Below are positions 8,892 to 19,276 of a DNA stretch of 64,000 nucleotides, piece by piece; the stretch's first letter is position 1, and each line of letters begins with the position of its first letter. The translations under genes and the position numbers were made by a program. The notes beneath the pieces were generated by a model, which made no database searches, had not been told where the DNA came from, and was given only the letters and a program-made list of their open reading frames with translations. The stretch is from Candidatus Yanofskybacteria bacterium CG10_big_fil_rev_8_21_14_0_10_36_16. GTDB lineage: Bacteria; Patescibacteriota; Minisyncoccia; 2-02-FULL-40-12; IGHO2-01-FULL-4-A. The stretch is taken from the NCBI GenBank assembly GCA_002794035.1, contig PCXQ01000005.1, positions 83,669-147,668 of the forward strand, read 5' to 3'.

Positions 8892-9929
8892 TCAAAGCGT
8901 ATCAAAATTGTCTTCAAAAAACTCTGCAGATCTTTCCATAAAATCAACAAAATTATTAATAAATTCATGAGGAGCTCCATTATATTCTACTAACTCTACC
9001 TGCTTACCCTCAGCCAAAAGCAAATCTCGCGTTTCATAGGACCACTCAAGATCACAACTTTCATCTTCCGTACCGTGGAATATTAAAACAGGTGTCTGAA
9101 CCCTGTTGAAAAATGTTCTGGGGGAAATATTTTTCCAAAATTCAGGGTCCTCGCTAGGCGTTCCGTGTTTAGACAACACTGCATCTAAATCACCTTCATT
9201 ATGAGACAACCACCTATTGTAGCTGTCCACCGCATCGCTGGAAACAGGTGCATATAAAACATAGGCATCTACCAAATCAGGGGCAACAACCATAACTCCC
9301 TGACTTATACCTCCACCCATGGAATGACCAAGCATACCAAACTTTTCTTTACTCAATGATTTTATGTCTGAATTTTTAACTGCATAAACAGCATTTATAA
9401 CATCTTCGATATACCCAATACGGACATTGGCTTCATTCTCCGCATCTTTATCTGATTGAGCATGATTGCGATAATCAGAATGCAAAATAGCATAACCTCT
9501 ACGAGCCAAATAGTCCTGTTCGCGCTTAAGCCCTCTTCCATTGGTATAAATAGAGGTATCAATATGTCCATGATTTAAAAACAAAACCGGCCAACCTCCT
9601 TCAGGTGGAGAACCTTTGGGAATATTCATTATACCGGAAATATTTAAATCCCCGCTTTTATAAGTTATAAAATAGCGAGTATAAAAATCATTATCGTCTA
9701 AAACCTCGCCCAACTTTAAATCCCGCCCATCGAATTTCTTTGCCATAAGTGAGGGCAAAGAGATAGGACCAACGTAACGCAACCTATCTTCATCTATTGC
9801 GGGACCTCCTTCGCGAGATACATCCGAAATTAAATTAATCCTACTTTCTCTTTCAAAAGCAAAAGCAAGTACCATTGGCACTAGCGTAATAACAGTTATT
9901 ATAAAAACCAAATAGTATCTCAATACCAT
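8892..9929 (-). CDS. Alpha/beta hydrolase (S9 peptidase / dienelactone hydrolase-like), membrane-anchored
   Basis: Nucleophile elbow GHSMGG, downstream Asp and His (HGTEDESCD ... APHEF), N-terminal TM. Confidence 0.65.
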   Translation of the reverse strand: MVLRYYLVFIITVITLVPMVLAFAFERESRINLISDVSREGGPAIDEDRLRYVGPISLPSLMAKKFDGRDLKLGEVLDDNDFYTRYFITYKSGDLNISGIMNIPKGSPPEGGWPVLFLNHGHIDTSIYTNGRGLKREQDYLARRGYAILHSDYRNHAQSDKDAENEANVRIGYIEDVINAVYAVKNSDIKSLSKEKFGMLGHSMGGGISQGVMVVAPDLVDAYVLYAPVSSDAVDSYNRWLSHNEGDLDAVLSKHGTPSEDPEFWKNISPRTFFNRVQTPVLIFHGTEDESCDLEWSYETRDLLLAEGKQVELVEYNGAPHEFINNFVDFMERSAEFFEDNFDTL

Positions 9930-9959
9930 CTTTTAATTATACCGTATTAAGAAAAAAAC

Positions 9960-11291
9960 TTATCCCAAGTAGAACTGTTCTGATATTATGTTTTGAGGCA
10001 AAACACCAAGTTTTGACAAATGGCTCTTAACGGAGTCCATCATGGGTACAGGACCGCAAATATATACTGTTTGAGATTTAATATCCGAAATATATTTTTT
10101 TATTTTGTTTTCGTCTACATATCCTTTTTCTCCTTCATAACTAGGATCGCCACTTAAAACATGGATTACTTTAGCATTATATCTCTGAGCCAAATCATCT
10201 ATTTCTTTCTTAAACAAAATGCTTTCTTCATCTTGATTAGCATACAAAAGAGTAACCTGCTTACCCTCAGCCAGCATTTTATCCATCAATGACCTAATAG
10301 GAGTTATACCGATACCTCCGGCTATCATAAGCACCTTATTGGAAACTCCATAAAAATCGGTAAATATGCCGTAAGGACCATCAATAAAAACACCGGTCCC
10401 TATTTTTAAATTTTTAATTTTAGAAGTAAAATCACCCAGCTCTTTAATTGTTATTCTTAATTCCGTGCCATTAGGTGCCATTGAAAGTGAAAATGGGTGA
10501 GCCTGCCACCAAAATCCTTTTGACAAAAATCTAAATATCATAAACTGGCCGGGCTGAATATCAAATTCTTTCAAATTTTTACCTCCTATATAAACTGAAA
10601 CCGCCTTGGAATTTTCTCTCACGATGTCTTTCACATAAAATCCGTGCTTCTTATATTTTAAAACAGGTCTTATAAATCTAAATGCTATATGGCTGGTAAA
10701 AACAGATGCATACAATAATATCCAATACCAATAAAAAATCTGGCTAGTTGTTAGGTCGTGTCCAATTTCAATCTGATGCCAAAAGGAGAAAAACATAGCT
10801 AGATAAACAATTAGATGCACAAAATACCAAGACTCGTACTTTAATCTTTTGCTAACTATATAAAGAGAGGAAACAACAGCAATAACAAATAAAACAAGAC
10901 CCAAAAAAGCCAACGCAACATAATCTAAAGCCAAAAACTGGTCAATCAAACCAGTATCTGACAAACCAGCATAGCCAAAAGAAATCAATATTGGATGAAC
11001 CAAAAGCAGAATTAGTCCTTTCTTGCCGTTTGAATGGTGAATACGTGAAAGGCCATCAAGCCCGAAATATCGTTCAAGCCATGGCATCCTCCCCATAAAA
11101 AAGAATTGCAGCAAAATCATATAAGCTGCCGAAAGGCCGGCTAACCGCCCGAAAGCAATACTAGTTTTTGCCCAGCCATCCAAAATATCTACACCAGAAC
11201 CGCTAAACCAAAAAACAAAGACAATAACCCAATTTGCCCACAAAAACCATAACCATAAATTTTGCTTACTTTGGTATTGTTTATTCAACAA
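9960..11291 (-). CDS. Ferric-reductase-like transmembrane oxidoreductase (FRE/NOX family: heme TM domain + FAD + NAD(P)H domains)
   Basis: N-terminal six-TM ferric reductase domain with His pairs. HPFSL FAD-binding motif. GGIGITP NAD-binding motif. C-terminal CGPxxM. Confidence 0.7.
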   Translation of the reverse strand: MLNKQYQSKQNLWLWFLWANWVIVFVFWFSGSGVDILDGWAKTSIAFGRLAGLSAAYMILLQFFFMGRMPWLERYFGLDGLSRIHHSNGKKGLILLLVHPILISFGYAGLSDTGLIDQFLALDYVALAFLGLVLFVIAVVSSLYIVSKRLKYESWYFVHLIVYLAMFFSFWHQIEIGHDLTTSQIFYWYWILLYASVFTSHIAFRFIRPVLKYKKHGFYVKDIVRENSKAVSVYIGGKNLKEFDIQPGQFMIFRFLSKGFWWQAHPFSLSMAPNGTELRITIKELGDFTSKIKNLKIGTGVFIDGPYGIFTDFYGVSNKVLMIAGGIGITPIRSLMDKMLAEGKQVTLLYANQDEESILFKKEIDDLAQRYNAKVIHVLSGDPSYEGEKGYVDENKIKKYISDIKSQTVYICGPVPMMDSVKSHLSKLGVLPQNIISEQFYLG

Positions 11292-11895
11292 CTAAGTTGC
11301 CTCTCATGCCTAGCTGACGATGAGAACCTACGGAACAATAATATTCAAAAGTACCTTTTTTGTCAGCAACAAACTCAACTTCAACTGTTTCACCAGTTTC
11401 TATTTGAGGAGTAGAGACATCAAATTCATCAATTACCCAGTCATGAAAACCACCTGTGTTAGTAAATACAATCTTAACCCTGTCACCTTCTTTAACTTTT
11501 ATTTCACCTAATGAGAATTTAAAATTTTCTCCTGAAATTTCAAAAACCTTAACTTCTCCTTGTGCTGAGTCTACCGAAGTGCCCTCTTCCATCATGGCAC
11601 CATCTTCAGTTGTATCGCCGGGTTCAGCTGATGGTGTTGCTTGCTCTCCTGTGACATCGCCATTTTCATTAACAGGTAAATTTTCATCATTTACCGAACT
11701 GCCTGTAAAAGCAAAAACGGCGGCAATAGCAGCAAGAACAACCAATACTGCAATAACCAGAATCTTGCTCTTTTTACTTCCTGACGCTGATGTTTTTTCA
11801 ACAGGGTCATTCATATTTTCATTTTGTGTATTTGTTTCTTCCATAAAAAAATAATCATTTTTACTGTTGTCTATAAAATAAAATATAGGCAACAT
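11281..11895 (-). CDS. Membrane-anchored type-1 (blue) copper protein, cupredoxin fold
   Basis: TM anchor, acidic/Ser-Thr linker, then a cupredoxin domain with the ligand pattern H...C-x2-H-x4-M (GGFHDW ... YYCSVGSHRQLGM). Confidence 0.6.
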   Translation of the reverse strand: MLPIFYFIDNSKNDYFFMEETNTQNENMNDPVEKTSASGSKKSKILVIAVLVVLAAIAAVFAFTGSSVNDENLPVNENGDVTGEQATPSAEPGDTTEDGAMMEEGTSVDSAQGEVKVFEISGENFKFSLGEIKVKEGDRVKIVFTNTGGFHDWVIDEFDVSTPQIETGETVEVEFVADKKGTFEYYCSVGSHRQLGMRGNLVVE

Positions 11896-11986
11896 TAAAA
11901 ATCATTATAATAATTATTAAGTATTTAATATAACAATAGCTTTTTCAACATTGACAAATAAATTAAAAAGTCGATCTAAAAGCAAG

Positions 11987-13231
11987 TTACTCATACCTTA
12001 GCGCTTCAATAGGACTCTTTTTAGCTGCTTGGCGGGCTGGGTAAATGCCAAATACTAAACCCACCAATGCCGAAACACCCAGACCCAAGGCAGCAGCTGA
12101 TACAGGAAATGTAAACGCCCAATTTAAATCATACACTCTAGTTAAAACAATTGATGCTATCATCGAAAATGTTGCACCAAGAATTATTCCTATTATTCCC
12201 CCTAAAGCAGTGAGGGTTACGGCTTCAAATAAAAACTGTGAAATAATATCTTTATCTGTTGCGCCAATTGCTTTTCTAAGACCTATCTCGCGAGTTCTTT
12301 CTGTAACTGAAACTAACATTATATTCATCACGCCTATTCCTCCCACGACAAGAGCAATCGCGACAACAGACGAAAGAAATATGGTTAAAGCTCCGATAAT
12401 AGTCTGGACCTGTTTAACTATGCCTTCTTGCGTTACAACAAAAAAGTCATCATCGTCTGGGTTGGTAATGTTATGCACCTCGCGCAAGGTCAGCTCTATG
12501 TCTCTAACTGTTCGGGCAACATTAGCTGGATCATCAACCTTAGTAATAATTTCGTGATAATAATCTATACCCAAAAGATAAAGCTGAGCCGTGGTGTATG
12601 GCACTAAAACCAAATCATCAATATTAAAGAATGCAACTTGCCCTCTCTCCTGAAATACCCCTACGACTCTGAATTTTCTACCCTTTATGTTTATGTTTTC
12701 TCCTACCGCATCTGAAAAGCCAAATAATTCCTCGGCAACCTTTGAACCAATAACTGCGACACTAGCATTCTGTTTAATATCAGCATCATTATATGCGACA
12801 CCTTTCTCAACATAAGCATCAAAAGTGTCGCTAAAGAAATCCACAGAAGCACCGAGTATTGTGGGCCGATAAGTTTCACCTTCATAGGATACCGCGCCTG
12901 GAACAATGAGTGCAGGCATAATCCTAACAAGATGTGGCACATTGCTTTTTCGTGAAAGCGCTTCAACATCTCTTTCTTTCAAAGAATCGGCAAAGAGAGT
13001 CTCCCCAAAATCAGAGGGACCCGAAGGTTCCCTGCCGGGCCTAACCACAACAGTTTCCGCACCAAGACCGCCTATTTCATCTAAAATAAGATTCTCGGCA
13101 CCTTGGCCAATAGACATCATTAAAATTATTGCCGTAATGCCAATAACAATACCCAAAATAGTTAGGGCCGATCTTGATTTGTTTGTTTTAAGACCGTTAA
13201 GGGCCGTTTTAAAACTGTCTTGTATGGTCAT
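11987..13231 (-). CDS. ABC transporter permease, MacB/FtsX family
   Basis: N-terminal TM, large periplasmic domain (MacB_PCD-like), C-terminal FtsX 3-TM domain. Confidence 0.75.
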   Translation of the reverse strand: MTIQDSFKTALNGLKTNKSRSALTILGIVIGITAIILMMSIGQGAENLILDEIGGLGAETVVVRPGREPSGPSDFGETLFADSLKERDVEALSRKSNVPHLVRIMPALIVPGAVSYEGETYRPTILGASVDFFSDTFDAYVEKGVAYNDADIKQNASVAVIGSKVAEELFGFSDAVGENINIKGRKFRVVGVFQERGQVAFFNIDDLVLVPYTTAQLYLLGIDYYHEIITKVDDPANVARTVRDIELTLREVHNITNPDDDDFFVVTQEGIVKQVQTIIGALTIFLSSVVAIALVVGGIGVMNIMLVSVTERTREIGLRKAIGATDKDIISQFLFEAVTLTALGGIIGIILGATFSMIASIVLTRVYDLNWAFTFPVSAAALGLGVSALVGLVFGIYPARQAAKKSPIEALRYE

Positions 13232-13400
13232 TTTTTAAATTTTTAATTTCTCTCCCTGTGGGAGATCTGCCGTAGGCATGATAATTTTTAATTTTCACTT
13301 AATTCCTAATATTTAATTTATAAACAAAATATATACAGCTACAGATTTTAAATTGTAAATTAAAAATTATTTAAAAATTGTAAAATTGAAAATTGAAAAT

Positions 13401-14129
13401 TTACTTACGAAATCCATCATGCGCTCTATGTCTTCTATTAACTTTTTCATCACTTTCAATTACCCCATCCAAAAAACGGATAATTCTCTGGCTATATTCT
13501 GCTGTATATGTCTCGTGAGTAATCAAAATAATCGTATGCCCCTTTTTTTCGTTTAAATCTTCAATAATCTCCATAATCGCCTGACCTGATTTTGAATCAA
13601 GATTTCCTGTGGGTTCATCAGCAAATATAATCTCTGGATTATTTACCAGTGCCCTAGCGATAGCAACTCTTTGTTTTTCTCCTCCTGATAACTGGGATGA
13701 TTCATGATAAATCCTATGTGAAAGCCCCACCGACTCTATGGCTTCAAGGACTATTTTTTTTCTATCAAATTTACTGACATTGGAATAAAGCAACGGCAAC
13801 ATAACATTATCTAATACCGTCGTACGAGGAAGCAAATTGAACTGCTGAAATATAAAACCCATTTTTTCATTTCTTAAACGAGCAATTTCATCTTTTGTGT
13901 AATCGTCCATGCTTTTACCATCAAGCTTGTAAATACCCTTGGTATGTCTATCTAAAAAACCAAGCACATGGAGCAATGTTGATTTGCCTGAACCTGAAGG
14001 GCCCATAATAGCAACAAACTCTCCTTTTTTAATATTAAAAGACACGCCTCGCAAAGCAGGCGTTTCAACATCTTCGTTATAATAAGTTTTTTCTAAATTT
14101 TTAACCTCTATCATAACATCGTCTTCCAT
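13401..14129 (-). CDS. ABC transporter ATP-binding protein (MacB/LolD-like)
   Basis: Walker [10 protein letters not shown], signature [15 protein letters not shown], Walker [10 protein letters not shown]-loop. Confidence 0.85.
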   Translation of the reverse strand: MEDDVMIEVKNLEKTYYNEDVETPALRGVSFNIKKGEFVAIMGPSGSGKSTLLHVLGFLDRHTKGIYKLDGKSMDDYTKDEIARLRNEKMGFIFQQFNLLPRTTVLDNVMLPLLYSNVSKFDRKKIVLEAIESVGLSHRIYHESSQLSGGEKQRVAIARALVNNPEIIFADEPTGNLDSKSGQAIMEIIEDLNEKKGHTIILITHETYTAEYSQRIIRFLDGVIESDEKVNRRHRAHDGFRK

Positions 14130-14162
14130 TGCTGCACATTATGATACGCAACAATCTTATCT

Positions 14163-15746
14163 CTATTCTTCAATGAATGTAACAACTTTATCTCCCTCCA
14201 CTACCCCACTTACAATTTCAATGTTACCATCAGAACCCCTAAGTCCTGTTTTTACACCAACTTCTATTAAATTAACCCCATGTAGTAATCTTACAAATTG
14301 ATCGCCATTACGCCTAATAACAGCCCTTAAAGGAACCGTAATCACATTATCTCTCCTATCGCTTTTTATATCTATGTTGGCGGTCATACCCGGTCGTATC
14401 ATTCCTTGTTCATCTACAAATTCAAGGGTGACCTTATATGTGGCAACACCTTCAATTATAGTTTCCGCCGGATCAATCGCCACAACCTCTGCTTCAAAAA
14501 CAACATCTCGGCCATAGGCATCAAGAGTAAACTCCGCCTTATCTTCAAGCTCAACTTTTGGTATGTCTACCTCTGTAACATTTGTCTCAATCTGAAGATT
14601 TGATTCTGATATTAAAGAAATTATTATGTCGTTTGATGTAATCGTCTCTCCTTCCTCTACTTCAATTGCTGTAACTATACCCGAAAAAGGAGCTCTAACT
14701 ATGCGTTTATTAAGCTGTGCTCTGCTTGCCAAGAGGTTGGCTTCTGCCTGCTTAACAGATGCCTCCTTTTTTAAGATGTCCTCTTCGGTAGGAAAGGCAG
14801 ATTCAGCAGAAGCTAACTTTGATTCTGCATCTGATATATTTTTATCATTAGTAATTTTTTGAGAATCAATGGCATGCATCACGTTGATAACATCTGCAAG
14901 ATCAGAAGATACCGCGGCAGCCTCAGCGCTTACGCTTACTCTGTCAGCAGATGAAACTTTTGATAAATTGCCCTTAATTACTTCTTGAAGAACTGAGTAT
15001 GCACTTTTAAGAGAGCTCAAAGCCACTCTTAATTGACCCAAGGCAGTATCTACGTTTTCACTTGAATCATCTAGGTTAGCAGCTGCAACATAATCGTCTG
15101 CACCGGACCTATTATATAGATCTGCCCCATAAAGAATAATTTCTGCCGAGTCCTCCGCCAATTGAACACTCCTTGAATCAGCATCTGAGCCGTCAAAATA
15201 TGTAATTCTTATATTTTTAAATATTGAGAATGAGGAATCGGCCTGAACCATGCCATTGTTCATTGAATTAAATCCGTCATTGTATACTTCAGCAAGAGCG
15301 TCTTCTGCTTGTTTTTTTACATTTTCAAGATTTGATTCTGCGTTTTCAAGTTCCGTCCTTAAAGAAGTTGCTACTGTAGAATCCTCAAGAGAATTTAAAT
15401 TTTTAATGGCTTGAGAAAGGTCGGCTTCAGCTGAATCAAGAGCTGCCTCTTTTTCTAATATTTGCGCAGAAATTTCTGTCACATCTAAAGATGCCAAAAC
15501 AATACCAGAAGAAACGTTATCTCCTACATCTACTTTTATAGATTCCACTCTGCCGGAGTTTTCAAAATGAAGATCGACTTCCTGAACGGGCCTTACTGTT
15601 CCGCTAACACTGACTTCTTGAACTACGCTTCCGCGAGATGCAACCACGAATTGATATGGAGATTTTTCTCCCCTCGACAACACAAAAACAACAGCAACAA
15701 TAACAGCCGCCGCAACTATCAAACCAATTTTTATTTTATTAGACAT
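14163..15746 (-). CDS. HlyD/MacA-family periplasmic adaptor (membrane fusion) protein
   Basis: N-terminal TM, barrel-sandwich/lipoyl-like segments and a long coiled-coil region. Forms an operon with the ABC ATPase and permease. Confidence 0.65.
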   Translation of the reverse strand: MSNKIKIGLIVAAAVIVAVVFVLSRGEKSPYQFVVASRGSVVQEVSVSGTVRPVQEVDLHFENSGRVESIKVDVGDNVSSGIVLASLDVTEISAQILEKEAALDSAEADLSQAIKNLNSLEDSTVATSLRTELENAESNLENVKKQAEDALAEVYNDGFNSMNNGMVQADSSFSIFKNIRITYFDGSDADSRSVQLAEDSAEIILYGADLYNRSGADDYVAAANLDDSSENVDTALGQLRVALSSLKSAYSVLQEVIKGNLSKVSSADRVSVSAEAAAVSSDLADVINVMHAIDSQKITNDKNISDAESKLASAESAFPTEEDILKKEASVKQAEANLLASRAQLNKRIVRAPFSGIVTAIEVEEGETITSNDIIISLISESNLQIETNVTEVDIPKVELEDKAEFTLDAYGRDVVFEAEVVAIDPAETIIEGVATYKVTLEFVDEQGMIRPGMTANIDIKSDRRDNVITVPLRAVIRRNGDQFVRLLHGVNLIEVGVKTGLRGSDGNIEIVSGVVEGDKVVTFIEE

Positions 15747-15774
15747 TTATTTTATTATAACACAGTTACTATTA

Positions 15775-16566
15775 TCATTTTTCAACTACTATAAAGTTTT
15801 TCTGAACTCCTATAATAGGTTCGTGTTCGCCTGTGGTATAATCTCTTATAGCATTAAAGAATATATGCCTATCGTAACGATATTCCTCACCATGGCGGGT
15901 ACCGGGATCATTTGTTATAAACTCCTCAGTATTATAATCATAACCAATAACTACCAACATGTGTCTTTCCGGCCCCGGAGATGTAAAATAAGGGTTACCA
16001 AGCAATTGTCCATTCATAGGACTAATAATTATATTACCGTCTTCAAGTTCCCTTATAAGATCATCTAATTTAACATTTTTAACCAAGCGCACATTGTGAT
16101 ACTTAAAGTATCCCTTTATTATTCTCTCGATAGTGTCTTCTGCGGAAGTATCTTGGAAACTTCCGTAATTTTCTTTTTCCCAGTCAGATACTGCTAAAAT
16201 TTTATTTAAAGCCTCATCCAAATTAAAATTTTCTCCCCTTGCCCAACTCACAGCCATTAAAACCGAAGACTCTTCGCAAGCATCCTGTTGTCTTTGGTCA
16301 GACCATTCACCAAATGGGGCCTGGGGTGTAAAAGGAACATTTTGCATTAAAACTGAACCTGGCTCAGGTGTCGGCGTTGGCACAGGAGTAAACATAGACG
16401 TAATCCTTGGCGTGATAAATACTGGGGTAAGCTGAGGATTAACCGATGGAGTTAGAGCAACTTTTTGGTCATCAACATTAACATTAAAACTGATATACAA
16501 AAAATACCCCGCAAGTGCGGGCAATAAAATAATCAATAGAATTTTTATTACTTTCTTATTCTTCAT
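15775..16566 (-). CDS. Secreted C39-like (papain-fold) cysteine peptidase domain protein
   Basis: Signal/TM, Pro/Thr linker, then a Cys (QDACEESS) and His (GPERHMLVVIGYD) arrangement typical of Peptidase_C39_2 proteins. Confidence 0.45.
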   Translation of the reverse strand: MKNKKVIKILLIILLPALAGYFLYISFNVNVDDQKVALTPSVNPQLTPVFITPRITSMFTPVPTPTPEPGSVLMQNVPFTPQAPFGEWSDQRQQDACEESSVLMAVSWARGENFNLDEALNKILAVSDWEKENYGSFQDTSAEDTIERIIKGYFKYHNVRLVKNVKLDDLIRELEDGNIIISPMNGQLLGNPYFTSPGPERHMLVVIGYDYNTEEFITNDPGTRHGEEYRYDRHIFFNAIRDYTTGEHEPIIGVQKNFIVVEK

Positions 16567-16576
16567 AATCTAAATC

Positions 16577-16987
16577 TTACTTATTTGAACCCCATTGCCA
16601 CTTAGGTTTTTCACCCTTTTTAATACAAATCTTTATTAAAGCGACAGTTAAAAGAGTGACAGGGATAACGAATGTAAACATTACTTCGCTTCTAGGAGAA
16701 TCGGAATCAAGAGTAAGTCCGAAAAATAAAACTGCAACAATATAAACAACTGTGACAATCCAGCCTTCGCGCGAAACTGGAGTCCAGCCCCAGCCAAATA
16801 GTTTTCTCTTAAACCAAAGATGTTTAGGATTATCTTTAATATAAGCCATATAAGGCTTCCCCAAAAACACAGTTAACAGGGCAGCAAAAACAGCTATGCC
16901 AACAGCAAAATTGCCCGATAAAACACTGGCAATAAATCCCGCAATAACAAAATATGCAACTGTTTTAAAATCAATTGGGTATTTCAT
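16577..16987 (-). CDS. Small membrane protein, hypothetical
   Basis: Four predicted TM helices. No family recognised. Confidence 0.35.
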   Translation of the reverse strand: MKYPIDFKTVAYFVIAGFIASVLSGNFAVGIAVFAALLTVFLGKPYMAYIKDNPKHLWFKRKLFGWGWTPVSREGWIVTVVYIVAVLFFGLTLDSDSPRSEVMFTFVIPVTLLTVALIKICIKKGEKPKWQWGSNK

Positions 16988-17027
16988 TGATTAAAACTAA
17001 ATATTTTTTATGAAACTTTTATGATAA

Positions 17028-17345
17028 TTAAAAACTTAACAATAGAAGCAATGCCACGGCTATTAAAGCAAACAAAAGTCCAAGAGTATGAGAAAGAAGC
17101 GAAAGAGCTTCCTTTTTAAATCCGTCTAGATACCACATTACAGACTTGCCAAACACAAGCCATCCTGTAATTGCCGCGGAAAGAACAAAAAGAAGAAGCA
17201 TGAGTATCGGCGCAAATACGGTGTCTGGACCCTTATCAAAATTAAGAATTCGAGGAGCATAAAACATAAAAGATGCCACCAATATGACATAGCCGGCAGT
17301 TAAGAGAGTATTAATTAAAGCTGTCTTTACTATTTTATTTTTCAT
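17028..17345 (-). CDS. Small membrane protein, hypothetical
   Basis: Three predicted TM helices. Confidence 0.35.
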   Translation of the reverse strand: MKNKIVKTALINTLLTAGYVILVASFMFYAPRILNFDKGPDTVFAPILMLLLFVLSAAITGWLVFGKSVMWYLDGFKKEALSLLSHTLGLLFALIAVALLLLLSF

Positions 17346-17397
17346 ATATTTAAGATACCCCGAATTGGACCAAAAAACAACCTATTGCATATAAAAA

Positions 17398-17428
17398 CAG
17401 CCCCGCCAAGGCGGGGCTGTTTTTTATC
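17398..17428 (-). terminator. Intrinsic terminator (CAGCCCCGC-loop-GCGGGGCTG family)
   Basis: AACAGCCCCGCCAAGGCGGGGCTGTTTTTT. Confidence 0.6.
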
Positions 17429-18485
17429 CAAATGTAAACGTATATAATCGGGCACTCGGATCTTCTATTATTAGCTCCAACACGTGCTCTCCTTTTTCAG
17501 GCAAATCAACCAGCTCATATAATTGGCTAGACTTAACTGTAACCTCTTTTGTTTCCTTGCCATCAATAAAAACTTTTATATTCACCGGCTCATCAGACTC
17601 GGCAACTAAATTTACTTTTCGTGCCTTAAATTTAAATATTACTTTTGCTCCTGCATTTTGATTTTCTGCATACTCTTTTTGAACATACCACGAACCATCT
17701 AGATAAAGATTGTTAAGCTTGGGGTCTGTCGGACCTTTTAGATTTTGATGTCCTGTTTGTTTCTGAACACCATTCGCCAAAAGCTCATTTCTAAATGCGC
17801 CAAAATATACCTCGGGGCTGTCGGGCCTTACAGACACATCCTCTACGCCCTTGGGATCAGCCGTGTCCTTATCAATGCCTCCCGACTCGCCAAGAACAAT
17901 TTTTCTTTCCATTAAAAGTTCTCTGATTTTTTGTTCTGTTTCCTCATATGCTCCTTCTCCTATGTGATCGTAAACGATAAACCCATCAATATCTATAAGG
18001 TATTTGCGGGGCCAATATCGATTGCTATAAGCTCGCCAAGTTGAATAATTGTTATCTTGAACCACGGGGTATTCAATACCAAACTTTTCAGTAGCTTCTA
18101 GAACATTTTCGTATTTTTTCTCAAACTCAAATTCAGGCGTGTGAACACCCACTATCAAAAGGCCGTCATCCTCATATTTATCCCACCAAGCATTAAGATA
18201 AGGCGTGGTTCTCTGGCAATTTATACAGCTATAAGTCCAAAAATCAATTAGTATTACTTTCTTTCCTATATAATCAGCAATTTTAAACGGCTCTGAATTT
18301 ATAAAGCCCTGAGTACCAACAAGTTCCTTAGCAGGTTCATATTTCTCTGTCTTCTCTTCTTTAGATTGTATTTCTATATCAGCATCATCAATACTAATTT
18401 GATCCGGTCTCTGCGACTCAAAGTAAAAAATAGTACCAACAATACCAACAACGACCAAAATTAAAATTATATTTTTTATTTTCAT
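17424..18485 (-). CDS. Thioredoxin-fold thiol-disulfide oxidoreductase (ResA/TlpA-like) with extra C-terminal domain, membrane-anchored
   Basis: WTYSCINCQ CxxC active site in a redoxin-like domain. N-terminal TM. About 120 extra C-terminal residues. Confidence 0.6.
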   Translation of the reverse strand: MKIKNIILILVVVGIVGTIFYFESQRPDQISIDDADIEIQSKEEKTEKYEPAKELVGTQGFINSEPFKIADYIGKKVILIDFWTYSCINCQRTTPYLNAWWDKYEDDGLLIVGVHTPEFEFEKKYENVLEATEKFGIEYPVVQDNNYSTWRAYSNRYWPRKYLIDIDGFIVYDHIGEGAYEETEQKIRELLMERKIVLGESGGIDKDTADPKGVEDVSVRPDSPEVYFGAFRNELLANGVQKQTGHQNLKGPTDPKLNNLYLDGSWYVQKEYAENQNAGAKVIFKFKARKVNLVAESDEPVNIKVFIDGKETKEVTVKSSQLYELVDLPEKGEHVLELIIEDPSARLYTFTFG

Positions 18486-18507
18486 TTGCGTCGAAGGTTC
18501 AAATTAA

Positions 18508-19215
18508 TTATTCCAATAAGAATCTATTAAGTATTTCCAAATTAGCAATCCTGCTTAAGTTTTGAGTAAATGCCAAAACTCCCAAAGCAATCAAAATGAC
18601 TCCGAACACTTTTGTTGCATATGAAAGCTGAACTGCATATTTTGTAATAAATGTTGAAGCGCGTGAAGCAAAGAGGCCGACAACCAAAAATGGCAATCCC
18701 AACCCGAGAGAATAGCTAAACAACAAATAAAGTGCTGAGCCCGGCTGAGTTGCAGCAAGGCCTAATATACCTCCCAAAACTGCACCGACGCACGGTGTCC
18801 ACCCCGCAGCAAATGCAGATCCAAAAAGAAATGAGGTTAAATATCTAGAGTTGAATTTTTTGGTAACATGAGGCTTAAATTCTCTTTCCAAAAATGGGAT
18901 CCTAATAAGACCAGTCAAATACAAACCAAAAAATATTATTATTCCTCCGCCTATTCTTGCCAGCCAAATCTGAGCATCATAAGCAACAGCTTCTAAAACT
19001 GTATTCAGCAACACTCCAAGAACTGAAAACACAGCAGAAAAACCAAGAACAAAGAAAAGGCTGTTTAAAAATATTTCTTTGCGGTTAACCTTTCCGGGTT
19101 CAAGAGAAGAACCAGCCAGATAAGCCAAAAATCCGGGAATTATTGGCAAAACACAAGGCGAAAGAAATGAGACCAACCCTGCAACAAAAGCAAAAATTAT
19201 TCCAATGTCTACCAT
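18508..19215 (-). CDS. ccdA: Cytochrome c-type biogenesis / disulfide reductant transfer protein CcdA (DsbD TM-domain family)
   Basis: Six TM helices with conserved Cys in TM1 (LSPCVLP) and TM4 (WTPCVG). Confidence 0.8.
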   Translation of the reverse strand: MVDIGIIFAFVAGLVSFLSPCVLPIIPGFLAYLAGSSLEPGKVNRKEIFLNSLFFVLGFSAVFSVLGVLLNTVLEAVAYDAQIWLARIGGGIIIFFGLYLTGLIRIPFLEREFKPHVTKKFNSRYLTSFLFGSAFAAGWTPCVGAVLGGILGLAATQPGSALYLLFSYSLGLGLPFLVVGLFASRASTFITKYAVQLSYATKVFGVILIALGVLAFTQNLSRIANLEILNRFLLE

Positions 19216-19276
19216 GAGATAACTTACATATCAGACATTTATAGATTTAAATGTTCTGATGTGTAAAATTTAAAAT

